From NCBI GenBank assembly GCA_031267675.1, contig JAIRYT010000011.1, positions 1-40,165 on the forward strand: a stretch of DNA of 40,165 nt, read 5' to 3'. Source of the stretch: Treponema sp. Lineage in GTDB: Bacteria; Spirochaetota; Spirochaetia; Treponematales; Breznakiellaceae. Positions 8,181 through 17,874 of the stretch are shown here, in pieces. The translations under genes and the position numbers were made by a program. Every line of letters begins with the position of its first letter. The stretch's first letter is position 1. The notes under the pieces were generated by a model. The model was not told the DNA's origin and did not search any database. It was given only the letters and a program-made list of their open reading frames with translations.

Positions 8181-8917
8181 GCAAGAAATATTACAGAAAT
8201 TTGGGTAGAAATTTCCAATTCACCCGTTGGCAGTATTGAACCGGGAACATCCTCCGCTTCTCTACCACCGGCAAAACCCCTTGCGGCATAAAGTACCATA
8301 TCGCGCGGAGAAATTTGCCGGGCTCCGTCTTCGGAAATATTCAGGACTTTAACAATTTTTAATCCGGAAAGTTCCGCGTATTGCTCCGCTTTCGCCAGGG
8401 CTTTTTGATACGCCGCCTCTCTGGACTTTGCCAGTAATTCCGTATCATCTTTAATTCCAAAATGAATTTGATTTAACCTGACATTGTCCAGTTGTGTAAT
8501 TTTGTCCAATATTTCCGGCGCTTTTTCAACATTTACGCCTATAGTATCAACGGAAAACACTATGGTTTGTTCAACTTTTTGACCGGTCAAAACCCTTCTA
8601 TTGCCTCTGTATTCATATTCAGAATTAAACCGTAAAGATGCTGTTCGTATATTTTTATCCTCAATTCCGGCTTCATTCAATATGTCCAATAATTGTTTTG
8701 CAATCTTGTTTACTTCAATTTGAGCCTGCCGTGTTGTTCGCGCGACATTACTCAGGGAAACGCTCATTTGAACCATGTCGGGCTGTGCCAATATTGTACC
8801 AGTTCCGGTAACAGTAATACTGCTTTGCCCATAAACATTTGTTGTATTAAAGCTCAATAATACAAGAAAAGCAAACAGGATAAAAGCTGCATGCAGAGTA
8901 CCTTTATTTTTCTTCAT
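8174..8917 (-). CDS. SIMPL-domain (DUF541/BP26-like) periplasmic protein
   Basis: Signal peptide; 'SITVTGTGTILAQPDMVQMSVSL' resembles the SIMPL/YggE family N-terminal block. Confidence 0.7.
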   Translation of the reverse strand: MKKNKGTLHAAFILFAFLVLLSFNTTNVYGQSSITVTGTGTILAQPDMVQMSVSLSNVARTTRQAQIEVNKIAKQLLDILNEAGIEDKNIRTASLRFNSEYEYRGNRRVLTGQKVEQTIVFSVDTIGVNVEKAPEILDKITQLDNVRLNQIHFGIKDDTELLAKSREAAYQKALAKAEQYAELSGLKIVKVLNISEDGARQISPRDMVLYAARGFAGGREAEDVPGSILPTGELEISTQISVIFLAE

Positions 8918-8940
8918 AAATATTCCCCTTTACGGCGCGC

Positions 8941-10599
8941 TTATTCTTCCTTCTTCTCGTCCTTTCGTTCCTTCTTCTGCGGTTCCGGCTTTTTTTCTGC
9001 CGCGCCGTCTTTAGCGTCCCTCTCCAGCGTACCCAGGAAGCCGGGCAGATCAAGGCCCGCCTGCTGGGCGATATCGTGAAGAGGTGGCAGGGTTTTTACC
9101 AGATTGCGTACAAAATTCGCCGTGGAACTGCTGTCGCCGTTGGGGCTGTCCCACACGGTAATTTTATCAATCTTGATATTCTTGATTGCTTCGGTCTGCA
9201 TTTTAACAATGTCTTCAAGTTTTTCAACCAAAAGCAGCGTGGCGGCGCTTTTTGCGTCGCTGTTCGCGGCTTTGACAAGCGTTTGATACCCTGTGGCTTT
9301 TGCGTCAAGAACTTTTCTAATTCCTTCCGCTTCGGCCGATTTAACCAGAAGAATCGCGTCGGCTTCGCCCTGGGCAAGACGCCGCTGTTGTTCCGCCTGC
9401 GCGGCCGCGTCAATTTCGCGCTTCCGCTTTTCGATCTCGCGGGGCACCACTTCTTCCGCCTCAAGACGGCGCTGTTCGGCAAGCGCCTTTGCCTTTTGTA
9501 TTTCGGCAAGGGCCTGCTGCTGGGCTACTTCGCCCCGCATCGAAGCCTCGGCCTCGCGCTCAAACAGCGTGGCGTTGGATACGGCAATTTCGGCCTTTGA
9601 GGTATTTTCGCCTTCAACGGCCTTTGCGTTATAATCGGCTGTTTGTATACGCTGTTCCCTGGAAAATTCGGCTACCTTAACCTGTTGTTCCTTGTTAAGT
9701 TCCGCTATTCGTACCTGTTCGTCCTTGGAATATTGCGCCAGTTGAATCTGCTGGTCCCGGTTGTATTCCGCCGTTTTTACCTGCTGTTCCTTGCTGTACT
9801 CGGCTATTTGTACCTGTTTTTCCTTATCCAGTTCCGCAACCTGAACCTGCTGATCCTTGTTAAACTGGGCGATAAGAACTTCCTGTTCCTTGGCGAATTC
9901 GGCTACCTTAACCTGCTGCTGTTTACGCGCGTCGGCCTCGCCAATGGCCCCCAGTTTATCCTGTTCCGCCACATCGACCTTGGCCTGGTTGATTGCCGTA
10001 AGGGCGGCCTTTTTACCGATGCTTTCGATGTATCCCGACTCGTCGGTTATGTCGGTAACGTTTACGTTGATAAGACAAAGCCCAATCTTGTCCAGTTCTA
10101 TGTCGATATTTTTTCGTATCGCGTCAAGAAATCGCTCGCGGTCCTGGTTGATTTGTTCAATAGTAAGGGACGCGACCGTCAGGCGGAGCTGCCCAAGGAT
10201 GATTTCGGTCGCCATGGATTCCACTGTTTCACGGTCAAGCCCAAGCAGGCGCACCGCGGCTGAATTCATGCTTTCGCTTTCTGTGGCAATGGCGACGGTA
10301 AACGTGCTGGGCACATTTATGCGGATATTCTGGAGCGACAACGCCCCCTTAAGGGGAATGTTGATGGTCATCGGCGTAAGCTCCAGATACTTGTAATCCT
10401 GGATTAACGGCCAGACAAAGGCGCCGCCTCCGTGCATACAGCGCGACGACCTGCCCCCGCCGACTTTTCCAAATATAACCAAAATCTGGTTGGAGGCGCA
10501 GCGTTTATAACGGCTTGCAAGAAATATGACAAGCACAAAAATAAAAACCGCCAAAAAAAGAATGGCAATCAAAACAAAATCAAAATTCAGCGACATCAT
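8941..10599 (-). CDS. Flotillin (SPFH/band-7 family, FloT/YuaG-like)
   Basis: N-terminal TM helix, SPFH block 'ILVIFGKVGGG', then a long charged heptad/11-mer repeat region ('KEQQVKVAEF' repeats). Confidence 0.8.
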   Translation of the reverse strand: MMSLNFDFVLIAILFLAVFIFVLVIFLASRYKRCASNQILVIFGKVGGGRSSRCMHGGGAFVWPLIQDYKYLELTPMTINIPLKGALSLQNIRINVPSTFTVAIATESESMNSAAVRLLGLDRETVESMATEIILGQLRLTVASLTIEQINQDRERFLDAIRKNIDIELDKIGLCLINVNVTDITDESGYIESIGKKAALTAINQAKVDVAEQDKLGAIGEADARKQQQVKVAEFAKEQEVLIAQFNKDQQVQVAELDKEKQVQIAEYSKEQQVKTAEYNRDQQIQLAQYSKDEQVRIAELNKEQQVKVAEFSREQRIQTADYNAKAVEGENTSKAEIAVSNATLFEREAEASMRGEVAQQQALAEIQKAKALAEQRRLEAEEVVPREIEKRKREIDAAAQAEQQRRLAQGEADAILLVKSAEAEGIRKVLDAKATGYQTLVKAANSDAKSAATLLLVEKLEDIVKMQTEAIKNIKIDKITVWDSPNGDSSSTANFVRNLVKTLPPLHDIAQQAGLDLPGFLGTLERDAKDGAAEKKPEPQKKERKDEKKEE

Positions 10600-11198
10600 T
10601 TTTCTTCCTCCGTTAAGCGCGCGACAGCCGCCGTGTGCGAATCGATAATTCCGGTAATTCGTACCTTTTCAAATGAATCTATCATTTTTCCGCTGCCGGA
10701 AACAGCGTTGGTTTCGTACTTTGTTCCGTTCACGGAAAACGAAATTTTTCCTGTTCCCGAAGGGGGAATTTGCAGGTAGACTTCGGCGATGGTTCCGACC
10801 GCCTGGGATATATTGAATTCTTCGCCCGGACTTTTTAGTTTCATGGCAAAATAAAACAGCAGCGCCGTAATAACAAGTACAAAGAAGCCGGAAACCCCCG
10901 CTATGGCGAGCGCCGCGGGAAAGGGAAGCCCGTACTGCAGATAAGCGGCAAGCCCCGCCCAGCCAAACATGGCGATAAACCCGGTAATGGAATTGAGCGA
11001 GAGCAGTTTGAACGCGCCGTCAGACGCCTCCAATCCATCATGACCGGAATCGTGTACATCACCATGCACATCGTGCGCATCCATGCTCCCGTCGTGCACA
11101 TCGTCCGCGCCAAAGCCGCCGATGATAAACATCGCCACCCGCAGGAGAAAAAATACCGACCCGAAAATCGCCGCTCCCCAAAAAACAAGCATAGACAC
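10596..11198 (-). CDS. NfeD-family membrane protein (flotillin partner)
   Basis: Membrane N-terminus plus C-terminal OB-like domain; overlaps the flotillin start; conserved NfeD-flotillin gene order; His-rich stretch 'HDVHGDVHDSGHDG'. Confidence 0.6.
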   Translation of the reverse strand: MSMLVFWGAAIFGSVFFLLRVAMFIIGGFGADDVHDGSMDAHDVHGDVHDSGHDGLEASDGAFKLLSLNSITGFIAMFGWAGLAAYLQYGLPFPAALAIAGVSGFFVLVITALLFYFAMKLKSPGEEFNISQAVGTIAEVYLQIPPSGTGKISFSVNGTKYETNAVSGSGKMIDSFEKVRITGIIDSHTAAVARLTEEEK

Positions 11199-11271
11199 TC
11201 CCGCCCAAAAGTGTACACCGGGCGGTATGGTATGTCAATGACTATACATATGTTAAGGTATTTTTGCCGGC

Positions 11272-11300
11272 TTGACGGAGGGCCGTGATTCGCCTACAAT
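11272..11300 (+). promoter_or_regulatory. Sigma70-like promoter (TTGACG-17-TACAAT) with the -10 element 6 nt before the ATG at 11307 (possible leaderless mRNA)
   Basis: TTGACG 11272-11277, 17-nt spacer, TACAAT 11295-11300. Confidence 0.4.
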
Positions 11301-11306
11301 TTGTAT

Positions 11307-11675
11307 ATGACGTACAAATCCATGCGGGTGCTTTTGTTCGCATACGACTGTCTGCGGCTCTTCTTCCTGCTTGCAATTCTTTTACCCCTGTCAGATTTTG
11401 ATCCGCCGAGGGCGGGAATTCCCCTGCTTATGTACGCCGCTCCCAACGCGCTGTTCCCGCTTATGTCGCTGTTTCTCTTAATCCGTTTTGAGGCTTCAAA
11501 ACAGTATATTCCCCTTTATGCAACCGGCAAACTTGTTGTGCTGGCCTGCGTCGTCGTCTGGCTGTTTTTTGATCTGCATCTGGCGGGCATGCGCCGCCCG
11601 CTTTTTTGGGCGTTTATTGGCGCCGCCGATCTTGGTTCCCTGGGGGTAATGGCCCTGTTAAAGGGCGAAGAATAA
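11307..11675 (+). CDS. Small membrane protein, unknown function (ORF track begins at TTG 11301)
   Basis: Hydrophobic 122-124 aa ORF; stop overlaps the ATG of the next gene. Confidence 0.35.
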   Translation: MTYKSMRVLLFAYDCLRLFFLLAILLPLSDFDPPRAGIPLLMYAAPNALFPLMSLFLLIRFEASKQYIPLYATGKLVVLACVVVWLFFDLHLAGMRRPLFWAFIGAADLGSLGVMALLKGEE

Positions 11676-12814
11676 TGCGGATTATTCCCATTGCGAGCGG
11701 AAAGGGCGGCGTCGGCAAATCCCTGGTAGCGGCTAATCTGGCGGTAGCGTTTGCCCAGGCGGGGCAGCGTGTTGTACTGGCCGACCTTGACCTTGGCGCG
11801 TCGAACCTTCACCTGGTACTTGGGTTTCATTCGCCGTTAAAGGGAATTGGCAGTTTTTTGGCCAACACCAAATCGGATTTTATGAACGTGGTAAACAAAA
11901 CCGATATTCGAGGCCTGCGCTTTATTCCCGGCGATCAGGAAATGCCCGGACTTGCCAACCTTAAAAGCTTTCAGCGCAACGCCCTGATACGCCGCCTGCT
12001 TGCGCTGGAAGCGGATACGGACATTCTTGTTCTTGACCTTGGCGCGGGAACACATCAGTCAATACTTGATTTCTTTCTGCTTTCGGGGCAGGGAATTGTG
12101 GTAAGTTCTCCGGCGGTAACAGCCACCCTTAACGCGTATGTATTTTTAAAAAATACGGTCTTTCGCCTTATGTATACCGTGTTTAAAAAAGGAACAGAGG
12201 CGTTTACCGTTTTGGAAAATATACGCAAAGACAATAAACATTTATACATACCGCAGATTCTTAAAGAAATCGAGCAGGTCGATCCCGAGGCGCACAAAAA
12301 ATTTGTTGACGCGTCAAAACACTTTCACCCCCGGCTTGTCATGAACATGATCGCCAATCCAAAAGACGCCGATGTCGCCATGAAGATACGCCGTTCATGC
12401 GAAGAATATTTGGATATTATGCTGGAACACCTGGGAATAATGTACCATGATACGATTCAGGATACGGCGCTTTCTTCGCGGCTTCCGGTGCTTTTGTACA
12501 AGCCCAATTCGGTAATCGCGCAGTCCATCTATCGCATTGCCGACAAGATCATGCAGGATGATGAAGAAACATTTACCCTTACCAAAGAAGATATTGACGA
12601 CAGCTTTCAGGAGGCGGGCCTTGAAGCGGAAATTGATTTTGAGACAAAAATGGATTATGTAGAAGAACTGCTTCATACCGGGGCGCTTTCGCAGGGGGAT
12701 TTGCTTGAAACCGTAAAGAGCCAGCAGTTTGAATTAGGTAAATTAAAAAAAGAGAATAATTTTCTTAAACATAAACTTGCCCAGGCAATTTCGCGGGATT
12801 TAAACCAGGAGTGA
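11675..12814 (+). CDS. MinD/ParA-family P-loop ATPase (FlhG/MinD-like) with a C-terminal coiled-coil extension
   Basis: 'MRIIPIASGKGGVGKS' deviant Walker A. The ORF track starts upstream at 11606, but the Walker motif places the start at 11675. Confidence 0.75.
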   Translation: MRIIPIASGKGGVGKSLVAANLAVAFAQAGQRVVLADLDLGASNLHLVLGFHSPLKGIGSFLANTKSDFMNVVNKTDIRGLRFIPGDQEMPGLANLKSFQRNALIRRLLALEADTDILVLDLGAGTHQSILDFFLLSGQGIVVSSPAVTATLNAYVFLKNTVFRLMYTVFKKGTEAFTVLENIRKDNKHLYIPQILKEIEQVDPEAHKKFVDASKHFHPRLVMNMIANPKDADVAMKIRRSCEEYLDIMLEHLGIMYHDTIQDTALSSRLPVLLYKPNSVIAQSIYRIADKIMQDDEETFTLTKEDIDDSFQEAGLEAEIDFETKMDYVEELLHTGALSQGDLLETVKSQQFELGKLKKENNFLKHKLAQAISRDLNQE

Positions 12815-12836
12815 CCTAAAGGTCAATCCTCGGCCT
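12808..12836. repeat. 28-nt box 'GGAGTGACCTAAAGGTCAATCCTCGGCC' containing the stop codon of the MinD-like gene; related to the xseA-xseB tandem repeat
   Basis: Near-identical to 'GGAGCGACCTAAAGGTCGATCC(C/T)CGCC' at 32240, 32335 and 32425. Confidence 0.7.
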
Positions 12837-12872
12837 GCCGCCTGAAATATGTTGATATAAAACGGAGGAGCA

Positions 12873-15749
12873 ATGGCCGTAGCAAGGGGAACCGTTGAGA
12901 TACGCGTTAACAGCGAAGAAACAGCGGCCGCGCTCGCCTTTACTCCCGACAGCGGGGGCCTTGGCTGGGACGTTGACGCGGTAATCAAGCTGGCCCGCGA
13001 AACGGGAATTGTTCCTTTGCCTGCCGCCGCAGATTTGGAAAAATTTATTTCAAAAGCGGCGCGGGCCAAAGAACCCATGACAACCGTAATTGCCGAAAGC
13101 GCCGGACCCGGAGCAGCCCTGGCAGAAAGCGTCGCCTGGGAACCGCTGCCAATTCCCCCCGATATGGAAGCGTTTACCAAAGAAACCATTGCCAAAGGAA
13201 AAGGCCCGCTGCTCTTTCGTATAAAAACCGAAAAGGTAAAACGCGACACCATTGTTAAAAAACGCGGCAAGTTTCCCTTTATGGGCGAAAAGGAAGAAAT
13301 AGTTACCGTATGGGACAAAAAAGAAATCCGCGAACCGGTGCTGGTAAAACCGGAACCGGTAAGCGTGCGCTATGCCGCCGCCAATGACCGGCTCGGGGTT
13401 TTTAACGCGGCAAAACCGGGGAAACCCGGAAAAACCGTTTACGGGAAACCCTCGCCTCCTCCCTCCCCGGAAGATCCGCAGTTTTATTTAGGCGAAGGAA
13501 TACGCCGCGAAAAAAATGATCTTTACGCCGTCTATGGCGGTTTTTTGCGTATCGGCGAAAACTGGGCCGACATACTGCCGCTTTCAAAATCGTATTTTGA
13601 AGTTAAAACCGGTTCTGACAATGTAACGCTGTTTCTTTACTTTTATCCGGGGGATCCGCGCTTTCCCGTTCCCGGCGCGCGGGAAGTGCTGGCGGCTGCA
13701 AAAGAAAAGGCCGATGCCGCAGACATGGTAAGCGCTGCCGAAATAGAACAGGCGATAAACGCCGCCGTTACCCGGCGCGAAGATTTGCAGGCGTTCCCGC
13801 TGATGCTGCCGCGCGAGGCGGAAGCGCGGGTTGTTATATCGCCTGACGAACTAACGGCGCGCCTTGTACTGCGCAAAGGCGTCGCCGGCGCGCCCGCGCT
13901 CCGGATGCAGGCAATATCCCAGGCGATACGCGATTCCAGGGTACAGGGCTATGACGCCGGCGCGTTAAAAAGCGCCGTAGCCGGATTTATGCAGGGAAAA
14001 ACAACTTCGCTTGACTACATCCTGGTAGAAGGCGCCGCCGCAACGCGGGGCGCCGACCGGGAAGTCGAACTTACCGTCAAGCCGCTGGAAAGCGATCCGG
14101 CGGAAACCCTGCGCGAACGGTTAAAAAAAGACGCTTCGGCGGCGCAGGGTTTTCCGGCGGGTGAGGCGGAACAGCTTTGCCTGGTAAAAAAAAACGCGCG
14201 TATCGCCCAGGTGAGCAAGGCTCCCAACGGCGAACAGGGAAAAGACGTATTTGGCTGCCTGCTCCCCGGTTTGCCGGGAAACGATCCCGACCTTAAACTG
14301 TTTCGGGGACTCTCGCTGCGCGGATCCGATATTATCGCCGATGAAGACGGCCTTTTGCTGGTAAAAGGCGGCGCAAAGACATTTTGGGCAACCATTACCG
14401 AATACCGCGACGCCGGCGCGCAGGTACAGGTAAGCGAAGACGGCATGGAGGCGGTCTGCGAATTCACGTCTCATCTTGGCGCCGGAATTCCCTTGACAAT
14501 GGAACTGGTTAAAGTCGCGCTGGCCGAAGCGGGCGTTACCAGCGGAATTAACCGCGACACCATCGAAACCGGCTGTAAATTGGCCGCGCTTAAAGGAACG
14601 GTAACCCAAACCGTCGCCAGGGGAGTGCTGCCGGTACCTGCCGGCGGAGAGGCGTTATCCTGGCTTATTCCCCAGCCAAAGACCGGCATTCGCATGGGAG
14701 TAACGCGGGGAATGCCCCTGGCCGATCTTACCGTGTTGCCCGACGGCCGCGCCGGGTTTACCGTTCGGGGCGAGGCCATAGCCCCGGACGAACGCGGCGC
14801 GCGTAAGATTACCCATGACGCATCCATTGTGGAACGGCTGCTCCCGCCTGAAGCCGGTCAACAAACTCCGCCGCAGACAAATCAGACAAAACGGCTTTTT
14901 GCGCTTTTTGCCGGTGATTTTATTTTGAGCGAAAATCATCTTTCGATCAGCAATTTAAAAAGCGTAGAAGGCGATGTAGGACCCTCATCGGGAAAAATTA
15001 ATTTTGCGGGCGAAGTACGGATAACCGGCTCGGTTCATCCCGGCTCCACAATAATGGGAGAAGGAGATGTGATCATCGCCGGCAGCGTCGAAGCCGCTCT
15101 TGTTTCGGGAAGCAAGGTTGTCATTGTGCAGGGAATCAGGGGAGGCGGGCGCGGGGTGGTGCGCGCAAAAACAACGATAGAATCTTCGTTTGCCGAATCG
15201 GCGACGCTTTTGGCGGTTGCGGATATAACGCTCATAAACCGCGCCCGTAATTGCAGCATTAAAACAAACGGCTGTTTTCTTTGCCAGGGAACGCTTTCAG
15301 GCGGCGTGTGCAGGGCGTGCGGCGGAATCCAGGCCGCCGAACTGGGCGACGAAGAACACAGCAGCACCGAAATTTCGTTTGGCCAAAATTATTTGATTCA
15401 GGATCAAATTGAAGCGGCTGAACGCGAGATCGAAAAACTAAAAACAGCCCTGGCGCGGACAGACGCGCTTATCGCCGAAATGGCAGAAAACCCCGTAAGC
15501 CTTGAATCGGCGCGGACAGAAAAAATCCGCCTGTTAAAGATTCTTGAGCAGTTTAAATTAAAGGTGTTTAACCTGAGGGAAAAATTTGAGGAACACTATG
15601 CGTCCGAGTTACGAATTAGCGGAACCGTGTACCCGGGGGTGGTCATGGAAAGTCATGGCAGGTATTATGAAATCAATGAAAAACGCCAGGGCGCGGTTTT
15701 TTATTTTGATCGTAAAACAGGGCGCATTATGGAAAAACCCTTTGCCTGA
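12873..15749 (+). CDS. FapA (DUF342) family protein, large
   Basis: N-terminal 'GTVEIRVNSEETAA' FapA-like start, C-terminal beta-helical Gly-rich repeats and coiled coil; located downstream of the MinD-like ATPase. Confidence 0.55.
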   Translation: MAVARGTVEIRVNSEETAAALAFTPDSGGLGWDVDAVIKLARETGIVPLPAAADLEKFISKAARAKEPMTTVIAESAGPGAALAESVAWEPLPIPPDMEAFTKETIAKGKGPLLFRIKTEKVKRDTIVKKRGKFPFMGEKEEIVTVWDKKEIREPVLVKPEPVSVRYAAANDRLGVFNAAKPGKPGKTVYGKPSPPPSPEDPQFYLGEGIRREKNDLYAVYGGFLRIGENWADILPLSKSYFEVKTGSDNVTLFLYFYPGDPRFPVPGAREVLAAAKEKADAADMVSAAEIEQAINAAVTRREDLQAFPLMLPREAEARVVISPDELTARLVLRKGVAGAPALRMQAISQAIRDSRVQGYDAGALKSAVAGFMQGKTTSLDYILVEGAAATRGADREVELTVKPLESDPAETLRERLKKDASAAQGFPAGEAEQLCLVKKNARIAQVSKAPNGEQGKDVFGCLLPGLPGNDPDLKLFRGLSLRGSDIIADEDGLLLVKGGAKTFWATITEYRDAGAQVQVSEDGMEAVCEFTSHLGAGIPLTMELVKVALAEAGVTSGINRDTIETGCKLAALKGTVTQTVARGVLPVPAGGEALSWLIPQPKTGIRMGVTRGMPLADLTVLPDGRAGFTVRGEAIAPDERGARKITHDASIVERLLPPEAGQQTPPQTNQTKRLFALFAGDFILSENHLSISNLKSVEGDVGPSSGKINFAGEVRITGSVHPGSTIMGEGDVIIAGSVEAALVSGSKVVIVQGIRGGGRGVVRAKTTIESSFAESATLLAVADITLINRARNCSIKTNGCFLCQGTLSGGVCRACGGIQAAELGDEEHSSTEISFGQNYLIQDQIEAAEREIEKLKTALARTDALIAEMAENPVSLESARTEKIRLLKILEQFKLKVFNLREKFEEHYASELRISGTVYPGVVMESHGRYYEINEKRQGAVFYFDRKTGRIMEKPFA

Positions 15750-15776
15750 TACGCGCCATACCGTTACGGAGGAAGC

Positions 15777-16808
15777 ATGCTGCTTTATGTAAATTTCCCT
15801 TCATGGCTTAAGCCCGAGATCGTCCCCTTTCTTCCCATTCGCTGGTACGGCCTTATGTACATTGTAGCGTTTGGCATTGCCTGGATGCTTTGCCGTTATC
15901 AGGTGCGCGAACGGAATTTTCCCGTCAAGGAAGAGGAGCTTTCCAGCCTCTTTTTTTGGGGAATACTGGCGCTTATTCTGGGCGCGCGGCTTATGGCGGC
16001 CCTTGTGTATTCGGGCGATATCTACTACCGCGAACCCTGGCGCATTTTTTGGCCGTTCGAAAACGGGCGCTTTACCGGCCTTATGGGAATGAGCTACCAC
16101 GGCGGAGTAATCGGCGCGCTGGCGGCGGTAATAATCTATTCAATAAAACACAAGTTTGATATGCGCGAAACAGGCGACATCGTAGCCGCGGGCATTCCGC
16201 TTGGGTACACAGCCGGCCGTCTGGGAAACTTTATTAACGGCGAACTGTACGGCCGGGTAACGGCAGGTCCGCTGGGAATGATCTTTCCGCAGGCCGAGCG
16301 CCTTTCGCTGGACAAAAGCTGGGTTGCGGACATTGCGGCAAAACTTGGTATTTTTGACGCAAGCGGATTTGTCAATCTGCCCCGCCATCCGTCGCAGTTG
16401 TACGAAGCGTTTTTTGAGGGAATTGTACTGTGGTGCATCATCTGGGCGTTGCGCAACAAAAAACCGTTCAAGGGTTTTCTTATGGGAATTTACATTGCCG
16501 GTTACGGTCTGTTTCGTTTTGTTATCGAATACTTTAGGGAGCCCGACGCCGATCTTGGCTACCGGATCACCCTGGTAAAAACAGAACTGCCTCCGGCGAT
16601 ATTTTCTTCGCTCTGGAATTTTTCTACCGGGCAGCTATTCTGCTTTGCCATGATTCTGGGCGGCCTCCTCTGGCTCCTTATCGCCGCCCGGCTCCCCAAC
16701 GCCACGCCGGTGCGTATTTACCCCGCCGGACCGGACAGCGAAGAAAAGGCCAAAACGGCAAAAAAAGAAGCCCGCAAAAACCGCAGAAAAACCCGCCGGA
16801 TTCGGTAG
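15777..16808 (+). CDS. lgt: Prolipoprotein diacylglyceryl transferase
   Basis: 'GRLGNFINGELYGR' Lgt signature; polytopic; Lys/Arg-rich C-terminal tail. Confidence 0.85.
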   Translation: MLLYVNFPSWLKPEIVPFLPIRWYGLMYIVAFGIAWMLCRYQVRERNFPVKEEELSSLFFWGILALILGARLMAALVYSGDIYYREPWRIFWPFENGRFTGLMGMSYHGGVIGALAAVIIYSIKHKFDMRETGDIVAAGIPLGYTAGRLGNFINGELYGRVTAGPLGMIFPQAERLSLDKSWVADIAAKLGIFDASGFVNLPRHPSQLYEAFFEGIVLWCIIWALRNKKPFKGFLMGIYIAGYGLFRFVIEYFREPDADLGYRITLVKTELPPAIFSSLWNFSTGQLFCFAMILGGLLWLLIAARLPNATPVRIYPAGPDSEEKAKTAKKEARKNRRKTRRIR

Positions 16809-16869
16809 CGGGAGTGGCGCCGTCAATTTCGCTCCATTCTGCAGGGTGGCCTAAAAAGACGGCGTTTTC

Positions 16870-17487
16870 CTATTGGGGCCGCGTTGCCCTGGCTGCCCGC
16901 CCGGCTTGTTCATTCTTTAACCGGATAATAATATCGGGAGCCTGTTCATGCTGTAACGAATCCGGAAGAGCAAAACTATTTAGAAATGACTTTAGTTTTT
17001 CAACCGGCAAAGGCATGCCGTTTCTTAGCCAGTCGGCAAGAATATACACTGATCCAACTATCTGGTAATATACAACATAACGGTATATCGCATATTCTTC
17101 GGCGCTTGGTTTTTCTTTATAATCTTTATGGGTATCAATTAAATCTTCAACCCATTCCCTAAACCGGGAAAAAAATAAATTTTGCAGATTTGTTTTTGAT
17201 GTAATTATTGAAAAAATATCTTTATGGCTTATCAAATAGCCAAGATCAAAGGTCAGGGCAAAGCCGGCTTTTTTCCTGTCGCCTTCCGCCGCCAGTGATT
17301 CTATCATGATTGATTTAGAAAGGCAGTGTTCGATAATATCGCTCTTTTTGGTATAATTGCGGTAAAATGTCTGCCGCGCCACTCCCGCCCTTTTGGTAAT
17401 ATCAGAAACAGTTATTTTATTGTAGGGCTTTTGATCCAGCAGCAGCATAAAAGCTTCAAAAATGTCCGACATTGTCTGCATTTTCAC
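16870..17487 (-). CDS. TetR/AcrR-family transcriptional regulator
   Basis: N-terminal HTH 'ITKRAGVARQTFYRNYTKKSDI'; lower GC than its neighbours. Confidence 0.7.
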   Translation of the reverse strand: MKMQTMSDIFEAFMLLLDQKPYNKITVSDITKRAGVARQTFYRNYTKKSDIIEHCLSKSIMIESLAAEGDRKKAGFALTFDLGYLISHKDIFSIITSKTNLQNLFFSRFREWVEDLIDTHKDYKEKPSAEEYAIYRYVVYYQIVGSVYILADWLRNGMPLPVEKLKSFLNSFALPDSLQHEQAPDIIIRLKNEQAGRAARATRPQ

Positions 17488-17874
17488 AAGATTCCGGCGG
17501 AACCAAGGTGGACAAATTTGAGAAATCGCTTACGTTCCTCTTTATTCCATACGCGGTGGTACGGGCAAGGCTGGAAATGAACGGAAGTGAAATTATCATA
17601 CGAACCGACAGAAGAGTACCCGGTATGTCTTCCCCGAATTGGTATTAGGCCGGGAACTAAGGTAACCGGGAATGGAAACCAGTGCCGTCACACAAGGCAG
17701 CCGTTGCCCTTGGGTCGGCGCTGGTCTTTTCTCTTCTGTATCTGACTCCCTTTTTTACCGCCGCCGAGGCAAAGATCTACGACGCCTTTCTTCTCCTTCT
17801 ATAAGGAGTCTCCCATCGTTGCCGGCGCAATCTGCTCCCTTGATAAAACCGCAAAAGTGTTTCACCATAGCGGT

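Noticed and set aside
9600-9950. ~33-bp periodic DNA repeats inside 8941-10599
   Set aside because: They encode the EA-rich 11-residue repeats (KEQQVKVAEF...) of the flotillin coiled-coil region; this is a coding repeat, not a non-coding array.
8891-11288. Many 60-200 aa ORFs on the opposite strand or in alternative frames of GC-rich genes (e.g. 9076-9600, 9293-9634, 9857-10396, 10901-11218, 14015-14827, 26135-26486, 31570-32235, 32479-33123)
   Set aside because: High GC suppresses stop codons. These ORFs overlap well-supported genes, have Arg/Ala/Ser/Pro-rich low-complexity translations and no start context. Spurious.
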